Below are positions 25,422 through 39,879 of a stretch of DNA of 64,000 nucleotides, piece after piece. This DNA comes from Octopus vulgaris (Eukaryota): NCBI GenBank assembly GCA_951406725.2, contig OX597817.1, positions 70,370,001-70,434,000 of the forward strand, in the 5' to 3' direction. The notes under the pieces are model-generated. The model worked only from the letters and a program-made list of their open reading frames with translations, ran no database searches and had not been told where the DNA came from. Each line of letters starts with the position of its first letter. Position 1 is the first letter of the stretch. The translations under genes were made by a program, and so were the position numbers.

Positions 25422-25749
25422 CATATATATTTATACATATATATATATATGTAGATATATATATATATACATATATATTTATACATATATATATATATGT
25501 AGATATATATATATACATATATATTTATACATATATATATATATGTAGATATATATATATACATATATATTTATACATATATATATATATAGATATATAT
25601 ATATACATATATATTTATATATATATATATATGTAGATATATATATACATATATATTTATACATATATATATATATGTAGATATATATATATACATATAT
25701 ATTTATACATATATATATATATGTAGATATATATATATGCATATATATT

Positions 25750-25787
<38 letters not shown>

Positions 25788-25822
25788 TTATATATATATA
25801 TATATATATATACATATACATT

Positions 25823-25854
<32 letters not shown>

Positions 25855-25855
25855 C

Positions 25856-25895
<40 letters not shown>

Positions 25896-25896
25896 C

Positions 25897-25941
<45 letters not shown>

Positions 25942-25952
25942 TATACATATAC

Positions 25953-26048
<96 letters not shown>

Positions 26049-26053
26049 CATTA

Positions 26054-26127
<74 letters not shown>

Positions 26128-26128
26128 C

Positions 26129-26170
<42 letters not shown>

Positions 26171-26176
26171 CATTTT

Positions 26177-26208
<32 letters not shown>

Positions 26209-26807
26209 TACATATGCATGTATATATAAGTTAATGCATACATGTATAGATATATATTTACATATGTATACATATATAAATATGCATACAAAATATATGT
26301 GTGTATGTGTTTGTAAATATATAAATACACACACATTTATTATCTACATGTATGTATACATATTTCTAACTACTTAAATATATAAAACTATTTATGTGAT
26401 TATATGTATATAAATATAGTATCTATATTTGTCTATATATATTTACGCATATATATGTATATATATGTATGTCTATATATATTTTTGTGCATGTGTATAT
26501 CTAAATCTAAATATATATATCTGTATGAATGTGTGTATATATAATGTATATATGCACAAGCATAATAACATTGATATTAATACAAAAAGATGGATTGCAG
26601 TCACTATTTCTATTGACTACAATTGTTTCAACACATTATTACCAGCTGTTGATTGCAGAATTACACAAATTGCTTGCAATTTTACATTAACATGTTTCAA
26701 TTGCAGATGTATACATACGCATCCTCAGGTGACCAAAGCCAAGACACTGCTGTATCATCTTCATATATATACCTCTACATATACATAGATGCACACACGT
26801 ATCAAAG

Positions 26808-26839
<32 letters not shown>

Positions 26840-27054
26840 CTATATATATATATATATCAATATCTATATATATATATATCAATATATATATATATATATA
26901 TCAATATCTATATATATATATATATCAATATCTATATATATATATATATATATCAATATCTGTATATATATATATATATATCAATATCTGTATATATATA
27001 TATATATATATCAATATCTGTATATATATATATATATTAATATATATATCAATA

Positions 27055-27089
<35 letters not shown>

Positions 27090-27481
27090 ATATCTGTATA
27101 TATATATATGTATATATATATATTTATATCTATATATATATATATATCAATACCCTCCTTCCCTTCTTTCCTGAGCGTCCAATATAACTATATTTGTTCC
27201 ACATCCTCGCGTTGTTGTGTTTTTACGTGTTTTTTTGTTTGGATTAACTTTATATATATATATATTTATCAATATTTATATCTATATATATATATCTATC
27301 AATATCTTTATATATACATATATATATCAATATTTATATCAATATCTATCTATATATATATATCAATATCTTGATATATACATATATATAAATAAATATC
27401 AATATGTCAATATCCATATATATATATATATATATCAATATTTATATATATATATATATATCTATATCTATATGTCGATAT

Positions 27482-27517
<36 letters not shown>

Positions 27518-27520
27518 TAT
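25377..27520. repeat. Compound (TA)n microsatellite/minisatellite field
   Basis: ~40-bp unit CATATATATTTATACATATA..TGTAGA at 25410-25740; TATATATCAATATCT unit at 26840-27150. Confidence 0.95.
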
Positions 27521-27522
27521 TA

Positions 27523-27724
27523 TATTTTATAGAAGGAGCTTCTACAGGACTAGAACTGTTTCATTCAAAAGAAATCATCAGGAAGTGCTGATGAGCTTCC
27601 TGATGATTTCTTTTGAATGAAATAGTTCTAGTCCTGTAGAACTCCTTCTATAAAATAAATTAATTTACTCTGCTATGTATTGAGTACCTTATTTACTGTG
27701 GTTAACCCCGACTCAACCCGGGAC
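27523..27724. mobile_element. Fold-back PLE-like terminal element with a hammerhead on each strand
   Basis: Arms 27523-27585 and 27596-27657, 10-nt spacer, one-sided ~65-bp extension, embedded in (TA)n. Confidence 0.8.
27593..27644 (+). ncRNA. Type-I hammerhead ribozyme motif (C3:G8, GUA cleavage triplet)
   Basis: GAGCTTC-CTGATGA-T-TTC[TTTT]GAA-T-GAA-ATAG[TTCTAGTC]CTGT-A-GAACTC; the minus-strand arm has ACAG/CTGT stem III and GAAGCTC. Confidence 0.7.
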
Positions 27725-27725
27725 C

Positions 27726-27796
<71 letters not shown>

Positions 27797-27870
27797 ATAC
27801 ATATATTTATATATCATATATATCCAAATATATATACATATATATATCAATCTCTCTCTCTGTATATATA

Positions 27871-27913
<43 letters not shown>

Positions 27914-28597
27914 CAAACTTTGACAAGCTGAGCTATGTTTTGGCCAAAATAAGCTCAGGTCATGTCTCCATCTGAGTACATGAGAGAATCTGTTTTTATG
28001 TCTATGCCATATTTCATATCATCATAACGCACATCAATAGGCATTTTCAAGGTTTGAGGATCTTCCTCTCATTTTACACAGAAAAGGGCAGGAGTAGTGA
28101 AAGTTATAATGTTCCATGGTAGTCATATACTGGGAGCCTGATTTCTACAGGTGGTGTGTACAAGTTCATGTTTCCATCCTGGAGAAAATTTAAGTATCGA
28201 ATTAATAGTAGTTTGGGAAATGCTACAGTTTTATTCTCCAAAATTTCAAAAATGATATAGCATTGAGAGTTGTAATGAAGAGAATGGAAGCTCCTGTCTA
28301 AATTCGATGTTTTCATATACCTACAAAATGAAGATCTGAAATGCCATATACTTTATAAATGCTCTCTCTGACAATATTCATAATGTCTTCCTTGCTATGG
28401 ACAGACAAGGCCAATGGATCGAAAGAGTAATCCATACAGATACATATAAGTAGATTCATTGAGATGCAGACAGATATGAAGAAAGATAGAGCTAAGAAGT
28501 AAGGATTAATAAACATAAAACCGACACATTGAAATATATATAAACTTGATGAGACATAGGCGAAATATAAATTTCATTTCACAAACAAATAAGGATC

Positions 28598-28664
<67 letters not shown>

Positions 28665-28674
28665 TTAACATTAA

Positions 28675-29462
28675 TACAGGGATTGGACAAAATAACACCT
28701 AGCATCATAATTTTGAAATATCTATAAAATCATTAAAAGCTTGTATATTTTTATATTTTTGGATTTATTATTAGCGCTGCTTAATATGTTTGGGAAAATT
28801 GATGTTTCTTTTCAGATACTATCAGAAGAATATAATAAAAATTCATTAAAATGACACATGTATCAGACTTTCAAAGAGGTCAAATTGTTGGTGCTCGTAT
28901 GTCAGGCGCTAGCATGACGAAAACAGCCGAAATGTTTGGTCTATCACGAAGAACTGTTTCGAAAGTAACGACACCCCTTGAGAAAGAGGGAAAAACCTCT
29001 TCGCCAAAACAAAACTCCAGAAGAAAACCAAAACTTTCAGAGAGGGACTGTCAGAGTCTTATGCAAATTGTTAGAAAGGATCACAAAAGTACAACTCCCA
29101 AAATTACTACAGAGCTTAATGACCACCTCGAGAACCCAGTTTCCACAAAAACCATTTGCTGGGAGCTGCACAAAAGTGGATTTCAAGAGAAGCTGCAATC
29201 AGAAAACCACTACTTTCAAAAACAAACATTGCAAAACATTTAGAGTGGAGTAAAAACCTAGTGAATTGGTCCCTATCACAGTGGAAGAATGTTATTTTCT
29301 CGGACGAGTGATTCTTTACCATATTTCCGAGTATACGTGTGGAGACAGCCAAAAGAAGCATTTGACCCAGACTGCCTTCTTCCAACTGTTAAACATGTAG
29401 GAGGACCTGTGATGATCTGGGGGACTATATCTTGGAAATCCGCCACCCCAATGGTTTCCCTT
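28675..29462 (+). mobile_element. Tc1 transposon, left TIR plus 3'-truncated transposase pseudogene
   Basis: TA-CAGGGATTGGACAAAATAA start; ORF 28851 MTHVSDFQRGQIVGARMSGAS..RRKPKLSERD..; after frameshifts WKNVIFSDE..RVYVWRQPKEAFDPDCLLPTVKHVGGPVMIWG. Confidence 0.9.
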
Positions 29463-30104
29463 CTCTCTCACTATATATGTATATATTAATAAAGTGAGTC
29501 CCTCGCTACTAGTTGAACGTTTAAGCAACAGTAACAGTGAAGGATAAATATCTATATTTATGCAAACATTTATATAATACATACTAATACATATTTATAC
29601 ACATATAAATATATGGATGTATAAAAAATGGAAATATGTATCTATGTCCATATATATATGTGTGTGTGTGTGTCTGTGTATATATGTATAAATATATTTA
29701 GAAGAAAAAATGGGATTAAAAATTTCTGGCAGATATCAATAAAGCATTTAGTATTAAGAGAATTTGGTCATAAATATTTAACAGACACCAATATATGTAT
29801 ATAGAATTTATATATATGTTCATGTATATATATATATGTATAATATATACGTATCTATGTAAGTACATATATAGATATGCGCGTGAATATATATATATAT
29901 ATATAATGAGTGTATATATGCGTGTGCATATATATATATACATGAAGGTCAAAATATAGGTTCCATATATTTATTCATACATGCATATATATATATATAT
30001 ATACACACACACATACATATATATATATATACACACACATACATATATATATACACATACATACATATATACATATATACATACATATATATATATATAC
30101 ATAC

Positions 30105-30246
<142 letters not shown>

Positions 30247-30345
30247 ATATAGATATATATACACACACAAACACTTGTACACAAATATCCACACATAACT
30301 AGGCAGATTATGTGTGTATGTGTGCATACAAAAATTGAAAAATAT

Positions 30346-30384
<39 letters not shown>

Positions 30385-30894
30385 TAAATGTACATTATCT
30401 TATTTGTTTATGCATTTCAGCCCAAAAGCTGAGACCATGTAAGGCAGATCCATTGCTATCAGTTTTTCAATGGCCATTCTTTTAGTGATTGGCTTTTGGT
30501 GAAAGTAGGAGTTCTACACTGCTGCCCATTTTCAGTTTCTTGCCATGATGTAGGTCCACCTGGCATCTTGGACAGCAGAAGTTGAAGATGTTTTTTCAAA
30601 ACCTTTAACCCTACTCAATATAAATTTCGCAGATGTCCTGGCAAGACATTAAATAGCCAAGGGCCCTTGAATCACAACAATTGCAGCACAAGGTCTTCAC
30701 TCTAGATGGGAAAACTGGGACCTTAGGAACAATGCTGTAATGTTGAGTTCGGAGGCTGGTATAGCTCTCAATACCAACGTTTGGTGCCAACCCCTCCATA
30801 ATCTTCCATATTTATCTCACTAATTTTCCATACAAGTTAAATCTAATACATGTATGCATATAAGAAGTTGCATATATATATCATTATGTGTATA

Positions 30895-30938
<44 letters not shown>

Positions 30939-31203
30939 CTACATTATAGATTTATACATATACATATATATTTATATATACATACATCAACATATAAATT
31001 TATATATATTTAAATCCCTCACTCTACACTTTTACAAGGGCAATGTTGTGCAGTTGAAAAACTTGCATTCCAAGGATGTTGTCTTAGATTTAGACCTGTG
31101 TGTGACACTTTGGACAATTGTCCCCTGAAACAGCCCTGGGCTAAACAAAGTCTTATGAATGGATTTTGTAGATGGAAACTGAAAGAAACCCATCATGTTT
31201 ATG

Positions 31204-31255
<52 letters not shown>

Positions 31256-31491
31256 TTATATATATATTAGATTGTTCATAAATTATGTTTACAATTTTGA
31301 AAGTTTAGAAAAACGAAACAAAGGGGTAACTCGGTAGGTGGTGTGCAGTGAATGAAGCCCATGTAGAAGTGTTCTGAGGATTTTAATAAAACTGTATTTA
31401 TTTGTCTATGTATTTCAGTAAAATCTGCTTTGTTATGCTTATTACTTTTTTTATTAAATTTTTCAAACTGTGAGAGTAATTTAAGGTCACC

Positions 31492-31527
<36 letters not shown>

Positions 31528-31540
31528 GCATATAGATATA

Positions 31541-31705
31541 CCATATTTTGAGGTGTATACAGAACCCTTTTTTTTTACAAAAATTAGCTTAAAAAATATG
31601 GGAGTTTGTTATAGAAGGGTAGCATAGTAGATATTAATAAATTACTTAGTTTCTTGAACCGCATATCTCCAAATTAGGGGGTTCATTATACATGTTAAAA
31701 TACGG
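31541..31705. mobile_element. Tc2/pogo-like MITE
   Basis: TA-flanked TIRs CCATATTTTGAGGTGTATA vs CCGTATTTTAACATGTATA (15/19). Confidence 0.6.
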
Positions 31706-31744
31706 TATATATTTATTTATACATAAATATTTATATGTGTATAT

Positions 31745-32090
31745 AAATGTGTGGTTAGAGCTTGCTTCCCAACCACATGGTTCCGGGTTCAGTCCTACTA
31801 CGTGGCACCTTGGGCAAGTGTCTTCTACTGTAGCCTTGGGCTGACCAAAGTCTTGAGAGTGGAATTGGTAGGCGGAAAGTGAAAAGAAGCCCGTCATATA
31901 TATTTATGTGTGAATGTCTTTGTGTCTGTGTTTATCCCTCCACCAACACTAGACAGCCAATATTGGTGCGTTTATGTCCTGAAACTTAGCGGTTCAGCAA
32001 AAGAGACCAATAGAATAAGTACTAGGCTTACAAAGAATAAATCCTGAGGTCAATTTCTTTGACTAAAGGTGTTGCTCTAGCATGGCTACA
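31745..32090 (+). mobile_element. SINE family A, full length
   Basis: CTTGCTTCCCAACCACATGGTTCCGGGTTCAGTCC..CATGGCTACAG. Confidence 0.85.
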
Positions 32091-32569
32091 GTATATATAT
32101 ATATGTGTATGCATGCAAATATATATAAAAAATATATATGCGCATAAATATGTAAAATCACCATTATTTAACATCCAGTTTTTATCATATATGTATTTGT
32201 CAGACAGAATCGGTTGAGGTAGATTTCCTATAAGCAGATTCATTTCCTATTGCCAATTCTCACCTGTTTCCATGCAAGGTAATATTTTCCCAAAAGGAAC
32301 TGAGGGACCCCACTCGTGTGACAGTGACATTCACTTACAACTTATCACATGAAGTCAAAGCAAGGAGACAATAACCACATACAAACACACATACAGTTTT
32401 CCTCTGGTCACTCCAGAGCTATGTTAGAAAAATACTTGCTCAAGGTGCCAAGCAATGAGACTGAACCTGGTGCTATGTTGTTGGGTTGCAAACCTCATAC
32501 TTCACAGCCATACTTGCACTTGTGTGTGTGTGTGTGTGTGTGTGCGTGTTTATATGCATAAACATTAAA

Positions 32570-33056
32570 GTGGCACTTCATCAGGTTTGCATCAAAGACG
32601 CACCTTCATATTGTGCATCTTCCAAATGCAAAATGTGAAGGTGCACATTGTGGTCTGGTCTTATATCATGCATCTTCCAGACTTTGATTTATATATCTCT
32701 AAAAAGCTGAAGTTGTCTGTATATGGCAGGTTTGGTAGCCTTCAACTAACACTATCTCCTCCGAGACCCTGTGACGCAAGTTGACCAAAATTGCTCTTCC
32801 TTCCATAGAAGAAAAAATTCAAATCAGACCATGTTAACACCAAAAATTATTTACATCAAAAAGGTGCTTTTTTTCTATGAAAACCCTATTTTTTACGATA
32901 TTTTGACTGCTGTGTCACCATTTTGTGGTGTATTTCAACCAGAAAAATGTTCGCTTAAAGAGAATAACAAGCTACTTAATGCAAATTTTTACTTTTCAAA
33001 AATTCCAATTCTAAAAGGTCGAAACAAACCCAAGCAATGCCGGCCGATACTTCTAG
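32570..33056 (+). mobile_element. Non-autonomous Helitron/Helentron-like element
   Basis: 3' end CCCAAGCAATGCCGGC (decayed hairpin) followed by CTAG|T; 5' boundary uncertain. Confidence 0.5.
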
Positions 33057-33900
33057 TATATATATACATAATTCATTCAAATATACACAGAGATATATGA
33101 CAGATTAATCTAGGACAATCAAAATTCAATACATTACGGAAAATTAATTTTTTTAATATGAGAAATTGACAAAAACGATGTCCAAAAGTTTCATGCTTCG
33201 CATTTATCAACAATTTGATTAGTACATATGTGTGTGTGTGAATATGTAATATATCAACATCATCATTGAACATCCGCCTTCCATGCTGGCATATATATGT
33301 ATATACCTGTGTGTGTGTGTGCATATGTGTGCATGCGCATATATGTACCCAATTGAAAAGGTCAAGTCTGTCACTATGCTGGTGCAACATAAAAAGCACT
33401 CAGGTACATTTCGTAAATAGTTGGCATTTTGAAGGGCATACAGATGTAGAAACGTTTTTTAGACGGACAGTAGAACTTTGCACGGTCTTTCAGGTTGCCA
33501 GTTCCTATCAAGCTACTGAACCGATGCCAGTATGGAAAATGGACTTGAAATAATGATAGTGATGACAAATATATACATCGATATTAAATGTGGATACATA
33601 CACTAATGCATAAAACTGTGTGCTTGTAATGTATGTTTTCACATGTATATACATATGTTACATATGAATGTGCATATATGTGTTTATGTGTGTGTGTACT
33701 GTTATACATATTTTTATATATATACATGTGTGTGTGCAGTTATACATATATATACATATATATAAGCGTGTGTGTGTATCAACGTATATATATATATTTG
33801 TATGCAATGTATACTTCATCAATATCATTTAACATTTTGCCATGTGTTGTCATGTTCGGCAGGATGAAAGTAGCAGAGGACAACATCAAGTACCTATCTT

Positions 33901-34402
33901 TGTTTTGGCATCGTTTCTATGGATGGATATTGCTCATAATGCCAGCAATATTACTGAGTGTACTGAGCACTTTTCTGTGACATGGGCATATTTGAGAATG
34001 AAGGAAAAGACTCGTTTACTGAGTTAGATTGTAGTAGACAAGCCAGTGACCTTTATCTAGGCGTTAAAGACTAAAGGATAATACAGGGATAAGCACGAGT
34101 GTCTTACAACAGAAGAAATAAATATGTAGACACACTCACGTGTGTGTATATATGTATATATATATATATATTATAATATATATAACGCCAAATAACATGT
34201 AACGCCAAATAATATATATATATATATTATAATATATATATATATTATTTGGCGTTACATGTATTTTTCAAAACAGTTTGATTCCTGGGGAGACAGGCTC
34301 TGTTAAAGAACTGTGAAACTTCAAGATGCATAGAATCAAAATCTAACTATTTTGAACAACATAGGCAACTCCAAAAAACTGTGCCTTTCTTTTGTTTGTC
34401 CA

Positions 34403-34458
<56 letters not shown>

Positions 34459-34579
34459 AATATATATATAGATATATATGCATATATATGTGAATATATA
34501 TATATATACACACACAATGCACATGTATATCCATTGCGCATGTGTCCATCATCACCATCATCATTTAACATCCATTTTC

Positions 34580-34636
<57 letters not shown>

Positions 34637-34961
34637 AACACACACATTTTCATGCATATAGGTTTCATAATATGAAGACAAAAATAGAACTCAAAATGTA
34701 AGTTCTAACAACAGTGGTTTGAAAATAGGGATTGCGTATTAGCCAGTGCATAAAACCCCAACGCCGTGTGTCATGAGCAGTTACTATCAATTAAGACATA
34801 AATATACTAAGAGTTTACAAGTCAGGTAAAAATGTTTTGGCATCGTTTCTATGCATAAATGGATGATGCTCATGATGCCACCAATATTACTGAGTGTACT
34901 GGGCACTTTTCTGTGACATTGGCATAATTGAGAATGAAGGAAAAGGCTTTTTTACTGAGTT
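33901..34961 (+). repeat. Local direct duplication of ~125 bp (33901-34025 and 34833-34961)
   Basis: TGTTTTGGCATCGTTTCTATG..CAATATTACTGAGTGTACTG..TGAGAATGAAGGAAAAG..TTTACTGAGTT occurs twice. Confidence 0.9.
34195..34262. repeat. Near-perfect palindrome around (TA)n
   Basis: ACATGTAACGCCAAATAA(TA)n(TA)nTTATTTGGCGTTACATGT. Confidence 0.9.
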
Positions 34962-35180
34962 TTTTATAGTAGACATATATCTGTCAGTAAAGTTGGCATA
35001 TTAATTGAGGCGTACAGTATTATATGCCCAATATGACCAAACTTACCAATTGGTTTCGCATTAGGGGTTCATAATCGAACTTTTACCTTACATACCATTG
35101 AACACCAAGTGCGAATCTGACTGGTAAGATTGGACATAATAGATATATCATAGAGCACATTGTGATAAATATACATACAT

Positions 35181-35218
<38 letters not shown>

Positions 35219-35691
35219 GCATATATGTATATATGTATATATGTGTATATATATATATACATATCCCGGATACATGTCCGCAGACAATAACTCTCTCCCC
35301 GAGTGGGCCATGTTGTCCAGTTCCTGATTTGAATGACTTTGCCAGGTGATGCTATTAAGTTAGACACGGCCTGGGCCAATACCGGCTGAAACCTATATAT
35401 ATATATATATACACACACACACATATGTGTGTGCATGTATATATATATATATATATATATACATACGGACTCAAACATAAAATATATATGATTAATATAT
35501 ACGACTGTACAGTTACATATGTACAGAGAGAGAGGGAGATACAAAGAAATGTATATAGATATACATACAAATACAGGAGAGATGTTTCCAGTAAAAAACT
35601 ATTTGCATATTATGCATCTACAATTATGTACTACAAAATGTCCTCATATTCACATTTGCATATATATCCACTATATCCACATATCTATCTA

Positions 35692-35730
<39 letters not shown>

Positions 35731-35909
35731 GAAGATATTGAAACATCCATGCATATATATATATAGATAGTTATAGAAATATGCATATACATACATATTA
35801 TTATACATACACATGTCGATATAGATAGGCAGATCGAAGGATGTTGGATGGATACGTATGCATGCATGTGTGTCTGTGTGCATATATATGTACCTATATA
35901 TATATATAT

Positions 35910-35944
<35 letters not shown>

Positions 35945-36033
35945 GATAGATAGATAGATAGATAGATATGCATATATATATATATTTATATACTTATTTA
36001 TATAAATACATACACATATATATAATAAATATA

Positions 36034-36074
<41 letters not shown>

Positions 36075-36094
36075 CATACATATATACATAAATA

Positions 36095-36138
<44 letters not shown>

Positions 36139-36573
36139 AATATATATATATATATACATATATGTATGTATATATAATATATATATATATATGAGTGTAT
36201 GTATGTGTATGTACGTATATATATATATATATATATATATATACGCACTCATACACACATATCTGAATATCTATCAGTCTCTATATTTCTGTTGCTGACC
36301 AATATGAAGCACGGAGGATGAATGATGTTCATGATGATATCTACATGTGCATTTGCACACACGCATGCAATATGACAACACATCCATATACATGCATATA
36401 TATATTTGTGTATATGTGTGTGTGCCGGTACGTGCGTGCATGTATGTATGTTGTGTGTATACGCATGTATGTATATTGATAGTTACAGATATATAGACAC
36501 ATTATATAGGGATATATATACAAACGTAAATAGGAATATATATCTAACTCATACATAAATATCAGCACCTGTG

Positions 36574-36625
<52 letters not shown>

Positions 36626-36685
36626 CATATATATATATATGTGCCCCAGCATGGCCGTGGCCTTCGGGCTAAACCATTTTTAAGG

Positions 36686-36734
<49 letters not shown>

Positions 36735-36760
36735 TTAAAGAGAGATGGGGGACTATATAC

Positions 36761-36813
<53 letters not shown>

Positions 36814-36819
36814 TATATA

Positions 36820-37105
36820 TAAGATAGATATAGGTAGACAGATATATATATATACATATAGACATATATATATATGTAAGATAGATATAGGTAGACAGAT
36901 ATATATATATATATATATATATATAGATAGATATATAGATAGATAGATAGATAGATATGTAAGATAGATATAGGTAGACATATATATATATATACATATA
37001 GACATATATATAAGATAGATATAGGTAGACAGATATATATATATATATATATACATATAGACATATATATATGTAAGATAGATATAGGTAGACAGATATA
37101 TATAT
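36820..37105. repeat. Minisatellite AAGATAGATATAGGTAGACA(TA)n, 5 units
   Basis: Unit starts at ~36821, 36878, 36961, 37012 and 37074. Confidence 0.9.
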
Positions 37106-37107
37106 GT

Positions 37108-37144
<37 letters not shown>

Positions 37145-38356
37145 CTATATATATAGACAAATATATGTATATTTACATATACTCAGACATACAATTTTTT
37201 ACAGACACATAGACTCATACATACATACAAACTTATATACATATATATATATATACAAATGTGCATATACCCATGCAGTTAACACCCTGAGAGTATTTCA
37301 AAATAGAGTAAGCAAAGTGTAGAAAAGTACTGACTTTGGGTTTCGTGGAACAGTAATAGTAGGTGCAAGCCGTTATACCATCCAATAGTAACGAGAAAGG
37401 GTGACATGAAGTGTGGGGTGGGGACGTGTAAGTGTGGGGTAAATGTGTGTGCAGGAAGGTGGGTGCAGTATATGTCTGCGGCGGCGGTGGTGGTGGTGGT
37501 GGTGGCAGTGGTGATGGTGTTTGGGAGCAATATGATCCCCACTTCACCATCCTTTTCCTCCTTCTTCTGTCTTTCTGACTCTCTCTGTCTCTCCCCACTT
37601 CCTTCTACATACATCTGTTCACCCTCCCCCTCTCGTTCCCCCCACTCTCTCTCTCTTTCTTGCTCTTCATGATAAAATGCATTAAAAGCTGCTGGCGTTT
37701 TTTTTTTTTTTTTGCTGTTGTTATTTATTTTGTTTCTTTTTTGAGAGAAGACAAAGAGAGTGTGGGAAAGAAGTGGGAAAAAGAGACAGCGAGAGAAAGA
37801 GCGAGAGAGAGAGACAAGAGACAGAGAGAGATGGGGGTGTAAGTGACAGAAGAGAATGTGGGGAAGGGAAGTGTCATTGCATCAGCATGTAATATTGTGT
37901 ATATGCATTTGCTGTATGAGAATGTGTGTGTATGTGTTTGTGTGAGGGTGTGAATGAGCGCAAAAGGAGACACAAAGGGGGAGGGTTAGTTGAGAGGAAG
38001 GGGTAGCAAGAAAACCAAAGAGGAAGTAGGAGATAGTGGGAGGAGAGAGAATGTAAGAGAAAGAATGATGAGAAAATAAGATGTACACTTTTACCTGTGT
38101 ATATGCATGTTTTGTGTGTATGTATAGATATATATATACACACACACATATATGTATGTATATATATATATATATTCATATATGTGTATGTACATATACA
38201 TATATGTGTATGTATATATATATACACATATATGTATATATACATACATATGTATATATATGTATATACATATATCATATATATATATGTACATATATAT
38301 ATATATATATACACACATATGTATATATACACACACGCATACACACATACATCTAC

Positions 38357-38387
<31 letters not shown>

Positions 38388-38416
38388 CAACATACATACA
38401 TACGTATATACACTAC

Positions 38417-38453
<37 letters not shown>

Positions 38454-38494
38454 CGTATATACACTATATATATATATATATGTATATATATACA

Positions 38495-38557
<63 letters not shown>

Positions 38558-38564
38558 ATACTCT

Positions 38565-38975
38565 TTACTTGTTTCATTCATTTGACTGTGGCCTTGCTGG
38601 AGAACCGCCTTTTTAGTCGATCCCAGAACTTATTCTTTGTAAGCCTACTGCTTATTCTATCGCACTCTTTTGCCGAACTGCTAAGTTACGGGGACGTAAA
38701 CACACCAACATTGGTTGTCAAGCAATGTTGTGGACACGGGCACACACATGCGGGGGACGGGCTTCTTTCAGTTTCCGCCTACCAAATCCACTCACAAGGC
38801 TTTGGTAGGCCCGAGGCTATGGCTTCTTTCAGTTTCCGCCTACCAAATCCACTCACAAGGCTTTGGTAGGCCCGAGGCTATAGAAGAAAACACTTGTCCA
38901 AAGTGTCACGCAGTGGGCCTGAAACTGGAACCATGTGGTTGGTAAGCAAGCTACTTACCACACAGCCACTCTTGC
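38565..38975 (-). mobile_element. SINE family A with an exact internal 61-bp tandem duplication
   Basis: 38760-38820 is identical to 38821-38881. Confidence 0.9.
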
Positions 38976-38993
38976 ACCTATATATATATACAC

Positions 38994-39112
<119 letters not shown>

Positions 39113-39131
39113 GTTGTATGTGTGTGTAGAG

Positions 39132-39171
<40 letters not shown>

Positions 39172-39224
39172 AACACACACACAAACCTATATATATGTAC
39201 CGATATATATATATATGTATTCTT

Positions 39225-39278
<54 letters not shown>

Positions 39279-39304
39279 TATATTTATATATATATGTATA
39301 TACA

Positions 39305-39347
<43 letters not shown>

Positions 39348-39375
39348 ATATATATATACACACATACATATATGC

Positions 39376-39424
<49 letters not shown>

Positions 39425-39582
39425 CATATATGTATATATATGTATATACATATATGGATATATATATGTATATACATATATGGATATATATATGTATATA
39501 CATATATGGATATATATATGTATATACATATGTGGATATATATGTATATAGATGTATTTACATATATGTATATAGATGTATT

Positions 39583-39617
<35 letters not shown>

Positions 39618-39879
39618 GTGTATATATACATACATATATGTGTATATATATATATATACATAGATAGATTGATAGATAGATAGATACATGAATGCATGTA
39701 TGTACAAATATATATATATATACACACATATACATACATCCACAGACACATATATACATACATGTATGCACGGGAGTTTTGAATGAGTGTGTGTGAACAT
39801 GCTGTTTATGGGGGTGAGGAAAAAGGCTGTTACAAAATAGGCAGGGTGACAGACCATGTTTATTAGATAAGTATATAGA

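Noticed and set aside
27915-28580. Possible decayed PLE ORF on the minus strand (QTLKMPIDVRYDDMKYG)
   Set aside because: Resemblance to the GIY-YIG helix is too faint to call without a profile search
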